Of a stretch of 64,000 nt of DNA, positions 51,942-64,000 are shown one piece after another; position 1 is the first letter of the stretch, and the number at the start of each line of letters is the position of its first letter. The stretch is from assembly GCA_028534125.1 (NCBI GenBank), contig CM052817.1, forward strand, positions 42,038,001-42,102,000. The letters are read 5' to 3'. The notes below the pieces were generated by a model. The model saw nothing but the letters and a program-made list of their open reading frames with translations, was not told the DNA's origin and made no database searches. A program made the position numbers and the translations under genes. This DNA is from Lama glama. Taxonomy: Eukaryota.

Positions 51942-52675
51942 TGTAGGACTTGGTCTTCAGCAAGAGCATAGATAGTTCATCTACAGTAGCAAAGGGAAAG
52001 CAGGGTAAATGGACATGGATTCAGATGATCTTAAAAATGTGATAGGTGGAATATAAGGAGTTACTTCTGATCGATTCTGTTTCACCTGAGAATGTGTAGG
52101 GGAAAGAATATACTGGAAATTGAAGAAGAGGGGAACAGCATCTGGGCGAGTGAGGGGGCGAATGGTCTAGGGAAAGGCAGCTGGACTGCCAGAGAGCACT
52201 AAAGCTAGGTAATGAATTCAAAGTAAAATCAGCCAGCCTGGTTAGGCATTATGACCATGGCTGCGGGTGAAGGACAAGGCTGCTTCTACCCAGCCATGTA
52301 GTTCCTCTTACACAATAACCTATATAGTCAGCTGCTTACTAGATGGAGATCAGGGGGAAGGGAAATACAGAGACAAAGGAATTTAAATTAATAACTCAAG
52401 ATACTCTCCAGTCATACTAGGAAGCTATTCGTGGCTACTTCAAATAGACGTCTCTAACAAGGGTTATATTTTGAGAATTGTAAATATATTTTTGTCCTTC
52501 ATCTTTCTGAGTATAAGATCTTTATGAAGCTGATCCAAAATATACAACCACTTGGAAAGGGAAAATAATGGGAAGACTTTGCTAGAAAACATGAAGAGAA
52601 AGAATAAAGCAATATCTGATTTCTGACGTGGAAAATATGATTTGGTAGCAGGGCTAGTTAGGACTAGTTTCCTTG

Positions 52676-52829
52676 TTCTGGGAGGACTGTCCTGTGCATT
52701 GTAGGATGTTTAGCAGCATCCCTGACTTCCACCAACCAGCACCTCACCCCAATGTGACAACCAAAAATATCTCCAGATACTGCCAAATATCTCCTGGAGG
52801 AAAAAACCACCCTTAGTTGAGAACCACTG
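52676..52829. mobile_element. MER20 hAT MITE (partial)
   Basis: ctgtcctgtgcattgtaggatgtttagcagcatccctg...tgtgacaaccaaaaatatctccagatactgccaaat...gttgagaaccactg. Confidence 0.8.
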
Positions 52830-54184
52830 TGGCAGAAGATTTCATAAATTCCTTTTAGTTCCATTTAATATATCAGGCCAGGCTTGAAGGACTTACATGA
52901 CAGAATCTTCCAGAGGATGGAGAAAATTTACCCCTTTCACCTACAGTAGCTAAGGCATAGAAAAAGGATATCATCTAAACAGAGAAGAAAACATACAATT
53001 TGTCAAAAGACTCCCTCACTTTCCTTATAGTGGTAGTAATATGCTTCCCCTTTTGGTCCAATTATCATCCTCTGGAAATAAATTTAATTATTTTATTTAA
53101 CTGCTATTCCATTTAATAGCACTTCATCTATTTGAAGACAGTTTTCATGTCCTGTCTAGCTCTTCCTCTTTTGAATTAATCATTTCCAATTCCATCAACC
53201 AAGTTTACACGTAAATTATTCTTGTGAAACATTTTCGTGGGGGACCTGGAGGATAAAGGGTAAGGCGTCTTTGTCTCTGTGTGAATGTAGGCAAGAGGAT
53301 GTATACATCCTCAGGGCCTTTTAACGCACTCAGCAGACATTTCTCTTAAGACACCGACAATATACACAATTCTGTTTCTTTCATGAGTGCATAATTATCT
53401 TACGATAGAACTTATAGGACACTCACTTCTAGTGTGGATTTTGTTAGAGGCCAGCCAGATTCCACTATAATGAGCCATAACATTCAAGTATGGGAGAACC
53501 CTGGAACTGCCTAGGAGTGGGGACACCACTTCTAGTCTAAGCTCCAGTATTGTCAGTGTGACCCTTACTCGACAGCTTAAATAACTGATGTTTCTCCTTA
53601 TTAACAATAGTTGTATCTTATTACCTTTATCCTTACATTGCAACATGTCAACTACCAAGAGTGATAAAAGGAAGTAAGTGATTATTGGAAGAATTCCAGT
53701 AGCAGTTACAAGAAATGACCACAGGAAGAAAGAAGGGAAGAATATGCTAGAAAAGGAGTTAATAGTCACAAAAAGGAAGGGGGGGGGAGGTAGAAGAGGA
53801 GCAACAGCAGGAAAGTCGCCCAAAAGTATAGGCTATGAGTACTCTTTCTCCTCCTCCTGTTTGGAAACTGACAAGCCCTGGGCAGCTATACTGACCGGAA
53901 GGAAGGAGTGGCGAGGGGAGGGTATGGAAGGACCAGAGAGCAGAGCAACTGAACACCTGAGAGAGCAAAAGGAAGGAAAGTGAAACCACGGAGAGAGGAA
54001 GCGTGAGTGTTAAAAGGTATTCCAAGAATTGGTGTGTCCCCGCTGAGGAATGGAAAGCGAGCAGGAGGAAAAGAAACCTGAATTTAAAGTAGAACTTGGT
54101 CATTAGAATAATATTTAAAGAAGATAATAAGCGGAGAGACCTTTGTTAAAACTCATCTAAGAATAGACAGCTTAGAGCTACTAT

Positions 54185-54340
54185 CAAATTATTATAAATT
54201 ATAGAGGTACATTTATATATTATATGTTATATACCATATAATTATATATAAATTATATATAATTATCTATAAATTACTTATATATAAATATTGTTTATAT
54301 ATTATAAATTATTTATATATATAATTATATACATATGTAA
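54185..54340. repeat. AT-rich low-complexity tract (degenerate tataaattat units)
   Basis: Seen directly. Confidence 0.8.
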
Positions 54341-55029
54341 TTTCCAACAGGTGATAGAGTCAGTAGGACAGGACTGTGTTCAAGATTCTACCACCCATGC
54401 TGCTGTGTGAATGGGGAATGCTGGTTCATTTGACCAGCAGTGAAAGTTGAATGGTTTTCCAAATTCTCCTTATATGTTTGCATGGTAAGAAAGAATATTA
54501 TACAGCAATTGTGATTTCAAAAATGAATGTATGCAATGTAAATTTTGAAAGCAGAAATGTATGAAACATGTTCAGAGAAACTGAGGGCTTGGATCTAGTT
54601 TTACAGCATGTTTGTACCCATGTTTTGTATCAATGAAATGCTGAGTTCTGTTTAAAAACAGAGGCCACTACACAAAAAAACAGGCCCAATTACTCAGCCT
54701 TCTTTTTTACGATACTCTACATTTGACCCAGAAAATAAGCACAGGGCAAATGTAAAATGTATTGGAATAAAGAAATATTTATTTTAAAGTAGTTCTATTC
54801 TGCTTTCGACTAAGACCAACTGTAGTAGGCCACCAACCCAACATACTTGACCTCAAAACAGCTAGCTATGTTTATTTGTTCCTTGAAGACCTGATAGTCT
54901 ATTAGAACTTTTTTTTAAGCAGGGGGAGAAAGTGGGTGAATGTATCATTTCCAGAGAAGTACTTACAAAAGTTTAAACCTCAAAATGAGAAAAATAAGTA
55001 TGTTAATATGCTGTTTTGAACATTATTTA

Positions 55030-55213
55030 TGGGTGGGGGAGTTGGATGAAGGTGATCAAAAGGTACAAATTTCCAGTTATAAATAAATAAGTACTGGGCA
55101 TGTAAAGTACATAATGACTGCTGTATGGTATATTTGAAAGTTGTTACGAGTTCTCATCACAAGGGAAAAAGTCTTATTTCTCTATATGAGATGATGGATA
55201 TTAACTAAGCCCA
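55030..55213 (+). mobile_element. L1MA-type 3' UTR fragment running into a gap
   Basis: ggatgaaggtgatcaaaaggtacaaatttccagttataaaataaataagtactggg...ttctcatcacaag...gatggatattaacta. Confidence 0.7.
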
Positions 55214-55713
55214 NNNNNNNNNNNNNNNNNNNNNNNNNNNNNNNNNNNNNNNNNNNNNNNNNNNNNNNNNNNNNNNNNNNNNNNNNNNNNNNNNNNNNNN
55301 NNNNNNNNNNNNNNNNNNNNNNNNNNNNNNNNNNNNNNNNNNNNNNNNNNNNNNNNNNNNNNNNNNNNNNNNNNNNNNNNNNNNNNNNNNNNNNNNNNNN
55401 NNNNNNNNNNNNNNNNNNNNNNNNNNNNNNNNNNNNNNNNNNNNNNNNNNNNNNNNNNNNNNNNNNNNNNNNNNNNNNNNNNNNNNNNNNNNNNNNNNNN
55501 NNNNNNNNNNNNNNNNNNNNNNNNNNNNNNNNNNNNNNNNNNNNNNNNNNNNNNNNNNNNNNNNNNNNNNNNNNNNNNNNNNNNNNNNNNNNNNNNNNNN
55601 NNNNNNNNNNNNNNNNNNNNNNNNNNNNNNNNNNNNNNNNNNNNNNNNNNNNNNNNNNNNNNNNNNNNNNNNNNNNNNNNNNNNNNNNNNNNNNNNNNNN
55701 NNNNNNNNNNNNN
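55214..55713. other. Assembly gap (500 N)
   Basis: Exactly 500 N. Confidence 0.99.
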
Positions 55714-58009
55714 TTATTGTTTCACACTAATACAGCATCATAAAGTCCATGAAAACTTTAGGAAATAGACATTAGTGTTCTAGATGCTAGCATTGAAATA
55801 GAGATATTTAAATAATCAAAAATAATATAGATATAATTAGATATCGAACAGGGTCATTCAAAATGTCACAATATAAAATACACTTGAAACATAAGAACAC
55901 ATCACTCCAGTATCAGAAAGATTTTAGAAAAAGAGTTTGAGAAATAGCAGAAACTTTTCTGGGAAAAATCAAAAGTTCCAACATTGGAAATAAAGGCATG
56001 TAAAAAAGATTCAATGACAGTAATCAAGGCTAAATTTTTCCATTTTTAAGGGAAATAAGATGAAAAAGTGACCTCTAGTGGACTCTCAGCTTCATGTATA
56101 AAGTTGGCTCTTTTTATTTTGAAAAAAATAAAAGTTTGTATCACGAATATAAGTTGCTAAGGACATAGAATCTGGATAACGTATTTTTAAAAACACGTTT
56201 AGAAACATTGTATTTATTTTGGCTGTTTTCAAAATTTAGAAATCATTATTTCAAAAGGAGTTCACAAAGTCTCCTGATATAATCTAGTATCTTTAAAATA
56301 ACATCAACTTTAAAAAGTACTTTTCACACATGGAACAGTGTTTATTGCCCAAAAGTGCATTTCCAGGTGGGCGAGGAGAGACACAGTTTAGATTCAGGAG
56401 AATGAGTGATAGGATCTCATTGGCCCATGCCTTTATTAGCCCAATGCTTCATCTCTTTCCCTCGCACACTGCCAGTGGATGGCACACCGACAAGACAGAC
56501 TGACCACGGCACGTGCTGGCTTCTTACCTTCTAAACTCAGGCTGATCATCTGCAGGAACCCAGACCCTCTGATGAGCACATGTCGCAAACCAGCACCCAT
56601 TATTTCTTGACTTCAGGATCTTGAAGGAAATTCGTTAAAAAGCACACATTGGAAACAAGATGTTGATTTACAGTAGGGTGGTGAAAGAGTAGAAGCAGAA
56701 GAGGTCCTTATTGAGTTAAAGAGGAGATTTCTCATCAAAAATCACTATAAAATATATTTTTATGAAAAAAGAGAACCATTTTTTTCAAAGAGCAAAAAAA
56801 AGTTAAGATGAAATTTCTTGAAAATAAAATATATTCAGGAACTCTATTTCCAAGTAAACATAAAAATTCTGTGCAAGTTCCACAGAGCACAGGAAATTTC
56901 TGGAATGATCATTTTGCTCTTTCTAACCCAGAAAAATTATTATTTAAAAAAATTACAGTTAAAATTAATTAAAAATTAATTTCTGAAAAATTGTTAATCA
57001 ATAATCATCTCGAGGTGAGAATTTTTTTCTTTCTAGAAGCAGAACTTTATTAGTCTTCTTCAACTAATATCATATAGTTTTATAGGACTAAGAAGATCTC
57101 AGTAACTTTTGAAAACCTCTGCTAGCTCAACCCCACACCCATTCAGAGAAATATTAAAATGGGATGGGGTGTGCAAGCTTAGCATCACTTCCATCGACTT
57201 TTCATAGTTTGATTTTTCCTTTCTACTTTTCTCTTAGAGTGAAAACTACAGAACTACATGTTTTTCATCTTTCTTGGCCTCAATTCTTCCAGCACCTAGG
57301 TGATTTAGAAAAAAAAGGAGATCTAAAAGGCTATTTAAAGAGATAGGATAATTTTTTTCCCCAAAGTTAAACATAGAGATTTGGAAATGTTCTATACAGA
57401 ATCATTTTGGGGGGCTCTCAGAGGATCCATTGCTAATAGAATCCATGCTTTGATTCTTTTTTTTTTTTTGAATACAGACTTCTTAGCGACCACTTGACAA
57501 TTTGTCTTACCAGCCTATACAAGTGCTCAGAACGTGCCTTTCGTGCTTAAGAAGCCAGCTTATCAAGACCTCCCACGCTGCTCACTCCAGGCGTGAGTGA
57601 GCAAACAGGTCTGGCCGGTGTGCCCTAAAGGCCAGCATTCCTGGGCTCCGCCAGACCACCAGGGAAGGGAGCTCTTGGGAGCGGTGAGCTTCCAAAGGAG
57701 CCTGGAGGAGTGGGTTTTTACCCCAGATGTTTAGAGGAGACAAGGAATCTACTCTGTCATGTGGAGGAGTCCGTGGTTCAGACTCCAACTTTATCTTAGT
57801 TTCCCACTTAGAATTCTCAAGAAATAGTCTGTATCCTAGGAAATCTCCTCTCATAGTTTCCCAGCAACATCCTCTTTGTACAAAAAAGCACAGAAAATGC
57901 CTCCCTTCATTCACAAAACGGAGAAAAGAGTTTATAAAGTTGAGAAACCCCAAGATAATGGAAGATTCACAAAGGCCTATAAAGGGGGTTATGAAAATAA
58001 GAATTACTA

Positions 58010-58200
58010 TGTATCTAGTACCTGCTATGTGACTTGCACTTCCATAGTTCACCTCTGGTCTTTACAACAACCTTATATGCTTTTCAGTATTCCAGTTTAC
58101 AGGCGAGAAAGCTGAGGCTGAGAAAAATAAGGCGACATGCCAACGGTACACATGGCCCAGAGCACCACCAAGAGGGAGTATCAAGGTCTTTCTGACTCCA
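58010..58200. mobile_element. MIR SINE remnant
   Basis: ctttacaacaacctt...tttacaggcgagaaagctgaggctgaga...ctgactcca. Confidence 0.55.
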
Positions 58201-58823
58201 ATACCTGTCTTTGCTCTACATCCAAATACAACCTAGAAAAGCAAGGAAGGGCGATTGTCATTCCCTAAGTCATGAGTAATCTCAATACCTGATAACTATC
58301 CTTACCAGCTGCCTAGCCAATAATTTTGAACTTTGACTTAACAAGCTTTAGCCCACCAATGAACAACAACAACAAAAATCACTTACAAAACAAAATAAAA
58401 CTTTTTTGGTGACTTTTCTCAGGCCACCTAGAAGCCAAATCCATCCACTCCAGGTACAGAGAAGTATTAAAGATGTCGGATATAATCCCCCAACGAAGGC
58501 TCCACTTCAAAGGTAAGTGGAGAAAGTCAGTTAGGCAGCGTGTGTAGCCTGTCACTTAATGTGCTTTTCAGTACAGCAGCAAGAGCACAAAGAGTTGTTA
58601 TGATTTGAGATACTGAAAAAGAAACAGAAGACTTTAAATCTCTGAGGCATTTTGTTTGACTATTAGAACACTAGAATATTCTAGGCTGCTTGCCAAATGA
58701 ATGTTTGGTTGAATATAAATAAGCTTATTATCATGCATATGTATAAATGTGTACAGAAGAATTGAGGGTTAATAAAACTTTTTATACCTAAACAGACCAA
58801 TATTTTATCAGAAAGGCCCATTG

Positions 58824-59078
58824 TGGGAAGAGATAAATTGGGAGTCCGAGATTTGCAGATACTAACTAATATATATATAATAGATAAATAACAAGTTCAT
58901 ACTGTATAGCACAGGAACTATATTCAATATCTTGTAGTGACTTATGGTGAGGAAGAATATGAAAATAAATAAATGTATGTTTATGTACGACTAAAACGTG
59001 CTGTCCACCAAAAATTAACTGACACAACATTGTAAACTGACTATGAGTGTGTGTGTGTGTATACAAATATATATATAA
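58824..59078 (+). mobile_element. 5'-truncated L1 3' fragment with 14-bp TSD
   Basis: TSD agaaaggcccattg (58810-58823) / agaaagacccattg (59079-59092). Body closely similar to the copy at 39497. Confidence 0.85.
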
Positions 59079-61675
59079 AGAAAGACCCATTGACAGTTTT
59101 GCCTATATTTCTGGGATGTTTTTCTATCTTAACACTTTCTGAATTCTGAGTATCAGCAGTATTTCTAAATTATTTCATTATACTACACCTTCTTTCTCTG
59201 ATGAGCCATAGAAAATGCCTGGAATATAACATGTATGACTTCAAAAATTTCTCCTCATTTATTATGACAAAACTTTTGACTTTTTAAACTCAGATTCCCT
59301 GGAATGTATATCAAAAGATTGTGCATTTGGATAAAAAAGGAAAAAAAAATCAATGCAGTCAAAACAGTTACCTTATAAAGTACCCATTCCATGGGTCTGT
59401 ATTTAGGATGCCTTCTTTAATTGAAATGGAATATTTGAATTATATATTAATAGAGAGGGTACCATCTCATTATGACATATGTCCTCGAGTGCTGTCTCAC
59501 TCCAATGCAAGGGGGGAATATTATCTTAAAGAGAATAATAATGGTAATCATTGACAGATGTATCTGTTCAAGGAACAGATATATTAAATTATGTTGAAAC
59601 TTAAGTCATAGATCAATCTGAGAATTTTTTTCCAAACCTATAGAAATGGTTTCCCTAATGACATGTGTCATAACCTTTCATTTGTCCTTGTCAAATCCAA
59701 CTGTTGTTTCAAGCATGTAGTGGCCCTCTTCCATATTTTATTGCTGAAGCTACCTACCTAATTGAGAAATTATGATATGTAACAGGGTGGTGACCCTGAC
59801 AATGAAAGTGATGATCTGATAGAATAAAGAGTGTTTCACATTATTAACTGAAGTTTTTTACCTCTGAAAGTAGGTGGAGCTGGTTATTTGTATAGAAAAG
59901 GCAATAGAGGAGAAACAGATATGCATCCTAAGAAGGCAAATAGTTTTTAGATTCGTATTTGAGGCTTAGAACATTATTTTTCTTCAATTTTTCTTGTTTA
60001 AAAAGAGAATAGGTAAAATGGGCAACACATACCACAATTTTGGCAACAAATACCATAATATACATCTAAGAATCAATTATTACTAAAGAGAGCACACACA
60101 AAAAAGTTTCTAGGAAGAAAAAAAGAGACCTTAGATGTCTTCTCTGTTCTCAGCTGTCAGAAGCAACTTTTCAAGACTTTATTAGGATAAATGGACTCTG
60201 GAAAATTAGCTATTTCTCTTGTTTGTTCCTTTTCCTTTCTTGTCTGTGTGGGGTGTAGTGGGGTGAGGGAGGAGAGGAAGATGGGATAGAAAAAGCGAGA
60301 AGTGAGAGAAGTTACTAGAAATGGTATAATTAGCATTCCTGACACCTTGTCTCTGGGCAAAGCTTCAAACAGAAGTTTGATATCAATCTTTCTTGTGTCC
60401 TCTATTTTTATTAATACTCATATAAGGTGTAGTTTCTCACAACTAACTATTTAACAGTTGAGTGATTATAGCAAACGACTTCTCTGTAGTATTTCATGAC
60501 ACCTACTAACTTAGCCTACCTCCTTATTTCCTGTAGACACACTGACATTTTCTCATTAAGCCCATCCTATTTGATAGGGATATCTTAATGTTGTACAGAA
60601 AGAAACTGTATCCTGCAATTTGAGCCAAAACAATTTGATAACTTAAGCTCCCTGAATTACATCACCTGAAATAGGACCTTTTCAGAAAGCACACATGAAG
60701 TAGGTTAACTAAGGATTGTGACATTCTTGGGACATACCAAGGGCTGTTAAAAGGGAAGTGTCTTTAAACTCGTCTTTCCTCCCCTGGCCTGTTGTAGGAA
60801 AGACCTACAGAATTACCGAGTCATTAATATTCTTCATGCTTATTAAAGGTCAGCAACAGTGAATCAGCTACTAGCAACTTCCTAAAAGTTTAGGACAGGA
60901 AACAATAAAGGATGCTATATCCAAATAGAAGCTGCAAGGATAACTTAGCTGGATAGAATGTAATTACTGAGGTTAAAATTAGCCAGGTCACCTTACTCTT
61001 ATGGAAAAAAAGCCCTGGGAACCTGGCAACCAAATAAATAGATAGGAACTTCCTTCCCATTAATAAGCTTCTTTCATTCTGTGCTGAAACGTTACTCCAA
61101 AGACATACACCTATTCACTTACCAAGAATGCTTCCTAAACCGAGTTTGGACACCCTCCTAATTATTAAAAAGACCCTGAGCTTAATAACTATAAATGTGT
61201 GTTATAGATATATAGATAGATAGATAATCATATTAGAACTGAAAATATCTTACAAATCAGGTAGTTCAACCTCATTTTTTTAGATGAGGAAACTGTCCAG
61301 AGTTGTGACTTCCCCAAGCTCAGTCAGCTATATTGACATGGATTGTTTGCTATGTTATTGACCTTCTGTGGGTGGTAAATATTTTTAATATTTAGCTGTA
61401 AATTATTTTGTCAATTTAGCTAAATATTTTTGATAAAGGTTGAGTTCGACTTTGTAACTCAGCATATAGCAACAGCAAATGTATGAGTAGTTGCTAAAAA
61501 AAAATAAAGAATATATAACTTAAAAGTCAAAAGCGATATTGCGGCTAAACATGGAAGACATCCTTTCACTAACAAAGCATAATTACTCATAGTCAAAAAA
61601 CATTTAAAGACATTTCTTGTACTAGCCATTTTGTAGTTTAAAACCCAAAGTACAACAGATGATTCTGTCTGTTTT

Positions 61676-61689
61676 CCACTAGGTGGCAA
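61676..61689 (+). promoter_or_regulatory. Candidate CTCF site
   Basis: CCACTAGGTGGCAA, a close match to the CTCF core consensus CCAC(C/T)AG(A/G)(G/T)GGC(A/G). Confidence 0.5.
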
Positions 61690-62248
61690 TATATCTTTTT
61701 CTTTACAGTTTAAATGTGTTTTCCCAGGGTATGATGAAAAGACGCCTTTGAGTAGTTTTTCTCTGAGTTGACCCATTTGAAATTAAGACTAAACAACCTT
61801 AAGAAAGAGACGTGAGAAATTAGGAATATATTAGGACAGAGGATAAGGTTGTCTTATAAAAAGTAGAATTAAAATTAATAAATTTTGCTTCCTATATGCT
61901 CATAAACAAAATCGAAACTGACATGACCCCCTTAAAAATTTGGTAGTGCTGTATTGTTTAATTGAAATCAGGTTTGTCATGTATTATTAGTAGCAAAAAG
62001 CACTGAAAATTTTCTTAGTCCTGTTTAAAACATCGTCCTCAAGATTAGGTCGTAGTGTTCTAAGCTGCAGTATGTATTTTCATTGCCTATCTTCAATCAG
62101 GACTTGGAAAATAGTACTCATTAAATGACTTCGTGTGCGTTTGTTAGTTTGTTTGGGTCCGTACTGGAGATAAGTTGGTTCTGAAGGAATAATAAGACAA
62201 CTGCTGTTTTCTTTAAAGTCAGATGGGTTTCAGTGAACTGTCTGCCAA

Positions 62249-62644
62249 CGTACTGGCTTGCGAAGGCTGCCATAACATAATATCACAAACTGGGGGGCTT
62301 CAACAACAGAAATTTATTTTCTTACAATTCTGGAGGCTAGAAGTCCAAGACCAAGGTGTGGGCAAGGTTAGTGTCTTCTGAGGCTTCTTCCCATGGCTCA
62401 CAGATGACAGCCTTCTCCTCGTGTCTTCACACAGCTAAACCTCTGTGTGGTGTGTGCCCTAATCTCCTCTTCTTACCAGGCCACCAGTCAGCAGTCACAG
62501 CGGATTAGGATCCTCCTGTGTGACCCTACTTTACTTACCTCTCTAAAGGTTCTACCTGCAAATACAGTCACATTCTGAGATACTAAGGCTTAGAACTTCA
62601 ACATAGGAATTTGGGGCGGGGGCAACACAATTCAGACCATAACA
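62249..62644 (-). mobile_element. MaLR solo LTR, MLT1B-like
   Basis: ggctgccataacataatatcacaaactggggggcttcaacaacagaaatttattttcttacaattctggaggctagaagtccaaga...cacaattcagaccataaca. Confidence 0.8.
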
Positions 62645-62799
62645 ACCAGTAAATCTATAATCACAGAGTGCCCCGTATTTCTCATTGAGCTATAGGACCA
62701 AAAATCCTAGATTGAAAGTCTGAGTTCTAGAGCTAAGCACTGATTCTAGAGATTATCTAACCCACTCATTCGTGACCCTTGTCACGAATGAGCTTCCAA

Positions 62800-63240
62800 G
62801 TGCACCAGTGCCTGGTCCCATACCCAGATATTCTGAGGAGTTAATTTTGAGTGGGACTGGTCATGAGTATTTTTTAAAACTTTCCAATTGTCTCTAATAG
62901 GAGACCTGACTGCAGAACCACTGATTTAGACAAATATTTCCCAAAAGTGGTTAGAGAATCACCCAGAGAGTTTATTAAAATGCAAATTCCTATACAGGGG
63001 CAGTGGCTGACTTCACTCTGCATCTGCAGAAATGGAGCCAAGTCCATTTATCAAGGGTCTTAGTAATTTTTATGAACCCAAAAGTCTGCAAAGCTCTGAT
63101 CTAGTCTAACCCTCTCATTTTACATTGAGGTGAAAAGGCTGAGGCTTGGCGAAGTTAGCTCATCCAAGGTCACGTAGCTAGAGAACAGCAGAGCCAGAAG
63201 GAGATTAGATGTTAGATCTCCTGAAACCTAATCTAAATTT
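62800..63240. mobile_element. Two tandem MER5-like MITE remnants followed by a MIR
   Basis: cccatacccagatattctga...gaaccactga; agaatcacccagagagtttattaaaatgcaaattcc...; then ctctcattttacattgagg...ccaaggtcacgtagcta. Confidence 0.5.
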
Positions 63241-64000
63241 TTTAGCAGGATTCTCTGAGCTAATAAAGAAATGTGTGAACATTAAAACGGTCTTGTAATT
63301 GTGGTCCCAGGATTCAACTGCATCTACCCTCGAATCCAGGCAGGTCCTGACAAGTCTAGAAGCCCAAGAGGACAGGATTATTACAGTTGTATTTCCTTTT
63401 GAAATGCATTCCAGGAGACTGTATTGTGTTTGTGGACAATGGGCAACATCAGAACTGATGGGTTATCGCGAATCCTACATTATACTGTGCTGCCAAGGCC
63501 CTGTGGGTCCCGCCTCCCCAGATTTAGGCCTGAGTCCTAGGTGGAGGCTACAGTAATGAGTTAGCAAATTCAGTGCTATGAAACCAATGGAGGAGTCTGT
63601 TTCCCTGGCACCAGTAGCTTCTGCAGCAGGAGTCAGTGGCTTAGCATCACTCGCCATCAGAAAGTGGCAGTCTCTGTGCTGGCATTGGCTGGCAGAGAAG
63701 TAGCAGTGGCTGACTGGTGAGCTGGAACAGGGAGCAAACTGGTAGCTCAAGAGATTTTCACTTCTGCTGCTATTACCCATCCAAAATCCAGGGGTAAAGA
63801 GAGCTCTTGGGAGCTTGGTGTCAGAGTCTGAGTTGGTAAAGGGAGGGAACACACATAGACAAATAAGTTGCAACATGATTTTAGAAAACCTAATGCATTG
63901 GAATCTGAAAACTTAAAATCCAACCCCTCAGGGGGTGATGATCCACAAATATTGAACATTTTTTCTATAAAGATTTAGCTTACAGGTTTTCTTGAACAGA

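Noticed and set aside
53395..54103. Overlapping 101-142 aa ORFs
   Set aside because: Purine/pyrimidine-biased sequence giving low-complexity translations; no recognisable family.
57582..58115. Overlapping 79-156 aa ORFs upstream of FGF5, considered as exons of a neighbouring gene such as PRDM8
   Set aside because: No PR/SET or zinc-finger features, partly MIR-derived, and no supported splice structure.
1..64000. Prokaryotic-type systems (CRISPR arrays, operons, IS elements) or intact retroviral/LINE coding regions
   Set aside because: The sequence is intron-containing mammalian DNA; I saw no repeat-spacer arrays and no RT, transposase or gag/pol/env ORFs.

Overview
Eukaryotic (mammalian) genomic DNA containing the complete FGF5 gene on the minus strand. 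Three coding exons (30561-30921, 24042-24145, 12951-13298) splice via GT-AG introns to an intact 813-nt, 270-aa ORF. The gene has a TATA-containing CpG-island promoter, a 38-codon upstream ORF whose stop overlaps the FGF5 ATG (ATGA), a skippable exon 2 that would give a 125-aa FGF5s, and a probably long AU-rich 3' UTR. tRNA-derived SINEs resembling camelid vic-1 suggest a camelid, and this haplotype lacks the loss-of-function FGF5 alleles I recall from llama/alpaca. The rest is intronic/intergenic sequence with LTR, LINE, SINE and DNA-transposon remnants (some nested, some with clear target-site duplications), microsatellites, candidate regulatory elements and two 500-N scaffold gaps. Repeat family names come from memory of consensus sequences, not a search. 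I found no convincing previously undescribed biological system; the most interesting signals are regulatory and splicing hypotheses around FGF5.
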